From positions 840,001-872,000 of the forward strand of contig NC_017039.1 in the NCBI RefSeq assembly GCF_000284455.1: 32,000 bases of DNA, given 5' to 3'. Below the pieces are notes generated by a model. The model was not told the origin of the DNA, did no database searches, and saw nothing but the letters and a program-made list of their open reading frames with translations. Position 1 is the stretch's first letter. The number at the start of each line of letters is the position of its first letter. Both the position numbers and the translations under genes were made by a program. The DNA comes from Synechocystis sp. PCC 6803 substr. PCC-P. Lineage in GTDB: Bacteria; Cyanobacteriota; Cyanobacteriia; Cyanobacteriales; Microcystaceae. Below, piece after piece: positions 27,610 through 32,000 of this stretch.

Positions 27610-29785
27610 AGGGCCCTTCCTGGGCGGCGGATAGCCACAATAAACGCTTGGCCCTGGTCATAGCGACGTAGAGTAGTCGGTATTCCTCTGCTTCCTTGAG
27701 GCGGCGGGCTTCTTGCCAAGCGGTGGCCGTGACCGGCAGGGCGATCGCCTGGGGCTTTTGCTGTTGGCGATGGTGTACCACGGTGCGAATTTGGGCCCTG
27801 GCCACCTCCGCTAGGGTAAACTGCCCCAAAAATTGCCCTCCCTTGGGTACCCATAAATCGCCAGGGAGGGTGTCCTGGTGCAAAAAGGGTAAAAACACAT
27901 AGTCCCAATCCAATCCCTTGGCCTTGTGCATGGTGATAATGGTGATTTGCCCCGGTCTGGTGTATTTTTCATCACTATCGCTGGCGATCGCCTCAAATTG
28001 TTCATCGTTGGCAATGGTGTGGAGTTCGCTGAGCAAATTTTTTAATGAGCGTTCGGGTTGGGTTTGTACCTGTAAACGTTCCGACAACTTTTGTAAGGTG
28101 GCTAAATCTGAGCTGTCATAGTTGAGGGCCAGACCCAAAAAAGCAATCAATTGATAGGCGGGCAGTTCCAGGCGGGCTTTGAGCAAACTACGACATAGGC
28201 CCTGGGCAGAAACCGCCGGGGAGGCCAGGGGAGGCATCAGGGGAGTGGGGTAGAGAAATTGTTCCGGCACCGCCGCCAAAGCATTTAAATCTTGAGTGGG
28301 AATTAGTTGGCGCTCCTGCAACACTGTTAAGGTGGCTTTGAGGAGATCGGGGGAATGGGGGCGGTCGATAAATTGTAAAAGACTAAGGATTTCCCCTGGT
28401 ATGCGGGAATTACGATCCTGGTCCCCCACGTCCAAAACCTTCAGTCCACCATCTTTTTCCACATCCTTCAGGCGATCGGCCACGAACCTTCCCTGGCGAT
28501 TTTCCCGTACTAAAATGGCAGCATTGTGGTGAGGATTGGCCAACAACAGGGGCACTAGCCGATGGCGAATTTGTTCTACTTCTTCATTGATATCTTGGGG
28601 AAAACGAATTTCCACTCCCCCATCGGTGGCCGGAGGATTGGGTTGGGGGTCCCCCGGTTCCACTGGACGAATTGCCTGGGGGCGGAAGGGTAAGGTCGCA
28701 TCCCCTTTGGGACCACTATTAAACCGTGCTTGCCAATCTTGGTTAACCCATTCCAGCAAGAAGTTGGCCGCCGCAATTACCTGTAAATTACTGCGCCCCG
28801 CCTGGTCCATGGTGGCGAAACTGCCCAAAGCCTGGCACCGTTGGCAAAATTGATCGAAATATACGGGGTCAGCGGGGGTAAAGCTAGAGTTAATGGCTTG
28901 ATTGGGGTCCCCCACCCGAATTAAACGAATGGTACCATCGGCGTTTTGGGCCAGCTTGGTCAGTAACTTTTCCTGCAGAGGGCTAGAGTCCTGGGCTTCA
29001 TCTTCAAAAACACCAAAAAATTGTTCCTGCCACTGGCGGCAAAGGTGGGGATCTTCTAGCACCCGCAGGGCGGCCAAAATCATGTCGTTATAGTCGATCC
29101 AATTTTTCGCCTCCATCAGGGCTTGGTAATGTTTGAACAAACCGGCTCCCATCAGCAGGAGTTCGCTACCGGGGGCAATGCGACCCATGTCCGCCACAGC
29201 CTGGGGAGAGAGGCCAGAACTTTTTGCTTCTGCCACCACAGTTTTGGTTAATTCAGGTAAAACTTCCGTGCTCAGCACCGCCTGCCGCCGCAGGGTTTCC
29301 GTTGTCTCCCCGTCAAAATTACCCGCTTCCACCAGGGTTTGATAGGTTTTAGGATTTTCCCGCCGCCATTGTTCCACCGCATCTTTGATCAAGCGATGGC
29401 CTTTTTGGGGCGAAACCAGGGTCTGTTGCTCCGGGTCTAGCCCCGATACTTCCGGATGGCGTAGGGCAATGCTGAGGGCTAAACCGTGGAGGGTCTGCAC
29501 CGTAAATCCCAAACTGGGTAAGCCCAAGGCCCGTAAACGTTGATTAACCTTGCCTTTGATGGCCGCCGCCGCTGAACGGGTGTAGGTCACAATCAGCAAT
29601 TTTTCCTGGTTATGTAAACCATGGTGGGCAATGGCGATCGCCGCCGCCACAGAAAGACTATGGGATTTGCCAGCCCCGGGCACGGCGGAAACGGCCATCT
29701 CTCCCCCATGCCAATCCGCCAGAGGTCGTTGACTGCTGCGTAAACTCTGGCGGAGTTGCTCTAGGTTCAGGGAAGTTTGATTCAT
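27512..29785 (-). CDS. UvrD/Rep/PcrA-type superfamily 1 DNA helicase
   Basis: Walker A AVPGAGKSHSL, VFEDEAQDSS, RVGDPNQAI, ITIITMHKAKGLDWDYVFLPFLHQD, LLYVAMTRAKRLLWLS. Start set at ATG 29785 (MNQTSLNLEQ). Confidence 0.92.
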   Translation of the reverse strand: MNQTSLNLEQLRQSLRSSQRPLADWHGGEMAVSAVPGAGKSHSLSVAAAIAIAHHGLHNQEKLLIVTYTRSAAAAIKGKVNQRLRALGLPSLGFTVQTLHGLALSIALRHPEVSGLDPEQQTLVSPQKGHRLIKDAVEQWRRENPKTYQTLVEAGNFDGETTETLRRQAVLSTEVLPELTKTVVAEAKSSGLSPQAVADMGRIAPGSELLLMGAGLFKHYQALMEAKNWIDYNDMILAALRVLEDPHLCRQWQEQFFGVFEDEAQDSSPLQEKLLTKLAQNADGTIRLIRVGDPNQAINSSFTPADPVYFDQFCQRCQALGSFATMDQAGRSNLQVIAAANFLLEWVNQDWQARFNSGPKGDATLPFRPQAIRPVEPGDPQPNPPATDGGVEIRFPQDINEEVEQIRHRLVPLLLANPHHNAAILVRENRQGRFVADRLKDVEKDGGLKVLDVGDQDRNSRIPGEILSLLQFIDRPHSPDLLKATLTVLQERQLIPTQDLNALAAVPEQFLYPTPLMPPLASPAVSAQGLCRSLLKARLELPAYQLIAFLGLALNYDSSDLATLQKLSERLQVQTQPERSLKNLLSELHTIANDEQFEAIASDSDEKYTRPGQITIITMHKAKGLDWDYVFLPFLHQDTLPGDLWVPKGGQFLGQFTLAEVARAQIRTVVHHRQQQKPQAIALPVTATAWQEARRLKEAEEYRLLYVAMTRAKRLLWLSAAQEGPFAWNQMQARKSPRLQPKQPSQALLALQKRFGS

Positions 29786-29922
29786 GGCGATCGCCGACGT
29801 TAGTGTTCCCCTCAATCTACCCATTGGCGCAACAAATTGACGTAGGTTTTGTTCAGTAAATCCAACTCAATGGTTTTGCCAGATTGTTTGAATAATGACT
29901 CTTGTACTATATCTAGGCGAAG

Positions 29923-32000
29923 CTACAACTTAATGCCCAAAACCTGGGTATGGGCTCCCCGGGCTTGGGTTACTCCAATGGTGCGTTCCGCCGCTTCAAT
30001 CATGGGACGACGGAGGCTCACCACAATAAATTGGGCTTGTTGGGCCTGTTTGCGGACCATTTTGGACAGTTTTTCCACATTGGCACCGTCCAAAAACATA
30101 TCCACTTCATCAAAGCCATAAAAAGGGGAGGGGCGGTAGCGTTGGAGGGCAAAAATGAAGCTTAGCGCAGTTAAGGATTTCTCTCCACCGGACATGGAAC
30201 TGAGGCGACGCACCGGTTTACCTTTGGGGTGGGCCACTAGGTTTAAACCCCCATTAAAAGGATCTTCCGCATCGTCTAATTGTAAGTAGCCGTCCCCATC
30301 AGAAAGTTCTGCAAAAATAATCTGAAAGTTTTTATTGACTGCATCAAAAGCATCTTGGAAAGAACGACGACGCAGGGTAGTAAAATTTTCAATCCTGAGG
30401 AGTAACTCGGTCCGTTCCCCGGCAATGGTTTGCAACTTTTCTGACAATTCCCCTAGGCGAGCTTCAGTTTTTTCATATTCTTGTAACGCCAGCATATTCA
30501 CCGGTTCCATGGCTTCCAAACGTTTTTGACCATTGCGAATGGATCGCTCTAATTCCTCCAAAATATTGGCAAAATCCAAGTTTGCTTCGTCCCGGTCTTG
30601 GAGCAGGGGAATTTCCGGCCAGGGATCGGGCAAATCCTGTTCTAATGCTTCCAATTGAGTTTGCAGTTGAGTTAAATTTTCCTGGTATTCCTGTTGATTA
30701 GTTTGTAACTTTTCCCATTGCCATTGCTGTTCCTGTTGTTGACTACGGAGCTGGTTAAGCTGAGTTTCTAGACGATCCCTTTCTTGCTTAGTACTACCCA
30801 ATTTTTCCGACAGTTTCGCCAACTGAGCTTCCGTGGTTTGGATAGCCCCATTCATTTCCGCCAAAGCTATTTTTAACTGCTCCTGTTCCTGGGCTAGGGT
30901 GAGATCCTGAGCTTGATGTTGGGCAATTTTTTCCTGGGCTTGGGCAATTTTTTCCTCTAGGCGTTGGCTACTATTCTGCAAATCCTTGAGGTGATCCTCC
31001 CCCTGGCGTAGGGCTTGCAATTGGCGTTGGTACTCCGCTTCCACGGTACGAATTTGGATCTGGATAGTTTGCCATTGTTGATGGGTTTGGGAAGTTTCCA
31101 AGGCAGTTAATTGTTGCTGAGCGGAGGCTAACTGTTGTTCCAAGGGCGGCAAAGATTGCTGCAACAAAGCTAAATTTTGTTGTAACTCTGCTAGTTTTTG
31201 CTGTTGATTAATTTGTTGTTGATTAATTTGTGTTTGCTGTTGACTGAGGCGTGCTATGTCTCGTTCCGTTTGTTCTCCGTGAAGTTGTGCTTCCCGTTGT
31301 TGTTGCCGCATTTCCATCAACTGTTGAGTTAACTGCCTACTACGAACTGTTCTTTCTAGCAATAACTCTTCGTTACGGCCTTGGACTTGCTGAATGTCCT
31401 GTAACCGTTGACGCAACTGTTTCACTTCTGCCGTATCTTCACTGACCATGGTGCCGAACCGTAGTCCTGAGCGTTGGTTGCGACTGCCGCCACTCATGGC
31501 TCCACTGGCTTCTAGTAAATCTCCCTCTAGGGTGACAATGCGATGCTTGCCCAGGTGGTTGCGGGCGTTAACTAAGGTGTCAAAAACGATGGTATTGCCA
31601 AAGATAAAAGCAAAAATGTCGGCGTAACGGCGATCGCCGTCGATTAAATTCACTGCCAGGTCAATGTAACCATGGGCATAACTAAGGTTGGGATTTTGAC
31701 CCTTGGGAGGACGAATTTTATTCAGGGGTAAAAAAGTGGCCCGTCCTGCTTTGGCCTGTTTGAGGATTTCAATGCCCGCCGCCGCCACACCATCATCTTC
31801 CACAACAAGAAAACCCAAACGGCCCCCGGCCGCAATTTCCAGAGCCAGTTGATATTGGGGCTCCACCTGACCCAATTGGGCCACTAAACCGCAGACCCCG
31901 GGTAAATCCGACTGCAAAATCACTTTGGTGGCGTAGGTGCCCTGCACTTCCTGCTGAGCTTGACTAGCCGCTTCTAATTTGTCCAATTGCCGTTGTTTTT
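29923..32000 (-). CDS. smc: Chromosome segregation protein SMC, C-terminal portion (5' end outside window)
   Basis: Hinge-region TFLPLNKIRPPKG and NHLGKHRIVTLEGDLLEASGAMSGG, long Q-rich coiled coil, C-terminal SSMSGGEKSLTALSFIFALQRYRPSPFYGFDEVDMFLD. Frame stays open to the window edge. Confidence 0.95.
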   Translation of the reverse strand, partial: KQRQLDKLEAASQAQQEVQGTYATKVILQSDLPGVCGLVAQLGQVEPQYQLALEIAAGGRLGFLVVEDDGVAAAGIEILKQAKAGRATFLPLNKIRPPKGQNPNLSYAHGYIDLAVNLIDGDRRYADIFAFIFGNTIVFDTLVNARNHLGKHRIVTLEGDLLEASGAMSGGSRNQRSGLRFGTMVSEDTAEVKQLRQRLQDIQQVQGRNEELLLERTVRSRQLTQQLMEMRQQQREAQLHGEQTERDIARLSQQQTQINQQQINQQQKLAELQQNLALLQQSLPPLEQQLASAQQQLTALETSQTHQQWQTIQIQIRTVEAEYQRQLQALRQGEDHLKDLQNSSQRLEEKIAQAQEKIAQHQAQDLTLAQEQEQLKIALAEMNGAIQTTEAQLAKLSEKLGSTKQERDRLETQLNQLRSQQQEQQWQWEKLQTNQQEYQENLTQLQTQLEALEQDLPDPWPEIPLLQDRDEANLDFANILEELERSIRNGQKRLEAMEPVNMLALQEYEKTEARLGELSEKLQTIAGERTELLLRIENFTTLRRRSFQDAFDAVNKNFQIIFAELSDGDGYLQLDDAEDPFNGGLNLVAHPKGKPVRRLSSMSGGEKSLTALSFIFALQRYRPSPFYGFDEVDMFLDGANVEKLSKMVRKQAQQAQFIVVSLRRPMIEAAERTIGVTQARGAHTQVLGIKL
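31202..31231 (-). repeat. 15-bp perfect tandem duplication inside the smc coiled coil
   Basis: TGTTGATTAATTTGT repeated at 31202..31216 and 31217..31231, giving repeated INQQQ residues (QINQQQINQQQ). Confidence 0.9.

Noticed and set aside
27498-27908. 136-aa minus-strand ORF overlapping the helicase 3' end
   Set aside because: Alternative frame of the helicase coding region; proline-rich low-complexity translation.
26629-29785. Defence-island interpretation of helicase plus unknown protein plus kinase
   Set aside because: The helicase is a typical UvrD/Rep form, the unknown protein has an export signal and the kinase is a signalling protein; no nuclease, reverse transcriptase, TIR or toxin-like partner is present.
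31065-31320. Apparent low-complexity CAA/TTG-rich repeat array in smc
   Set aside because: Explained by the Gln-rich coiled coil of SMC; only the perfect 15-bp duplication was kept as a finding.

Overview
This 32 kb window is ordinary cyanobacterial chromosome. From gene content, protein sequences and dense HIP1 (GCGATCGC) octamers it looks like Synechocystis sp. PCC 6803 or a very close relative. This identity is inferred from memory, not from a search. Contents, left to right: (1) start of the S10-type ribosomal protein operon on the minus strand (rplC, rplD, rplW, rplB, rpsS, first codons of rplV); (2) a Dps/MrgA ferritin-like gene, a ycf21/chorismate-lyase-like gene, a metallophosphoesterase and a small unknown protein; (3) petJ (cytochrome c6) with a readable promoter and two flanking palindromes; (4) an extracellular solute-binding lipoprotein, argB, ureF, a DUF3386-like protein and an ABC ATPase; (5) two IS elements side by side, IS1-like and IS5-like, each with its transposase split by an apparent -1 frameshift; (6) rpoC2 and rpoB with no rpoC1 between them, then a TatD nuclease and rpsT; (7) a 1371-aa CBS-like/PAS/GAF histidine kinase resembling PlpA/Hik3, overlapping by 4 nt an upstream gene for a secreted protein, preceded by a UvrD/Rep-type helicase and a partial smc. 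I found no CRISPR array, tRNA, rRNA, prophage, retron-like or defence-island signature, and no convincing previously undescribed system. The items most worth a second look are the histidine kinase (N-terminal CBS-like repeats, and a phytochrome-type GAF with Cys followed by Ala instead of His), its coupling to a secreted protein, the rpoC1-less rpo cluster, the petJ promoter palindromes, and structured elements in the rplC leader and the mrgA/ycf21 convergent region.
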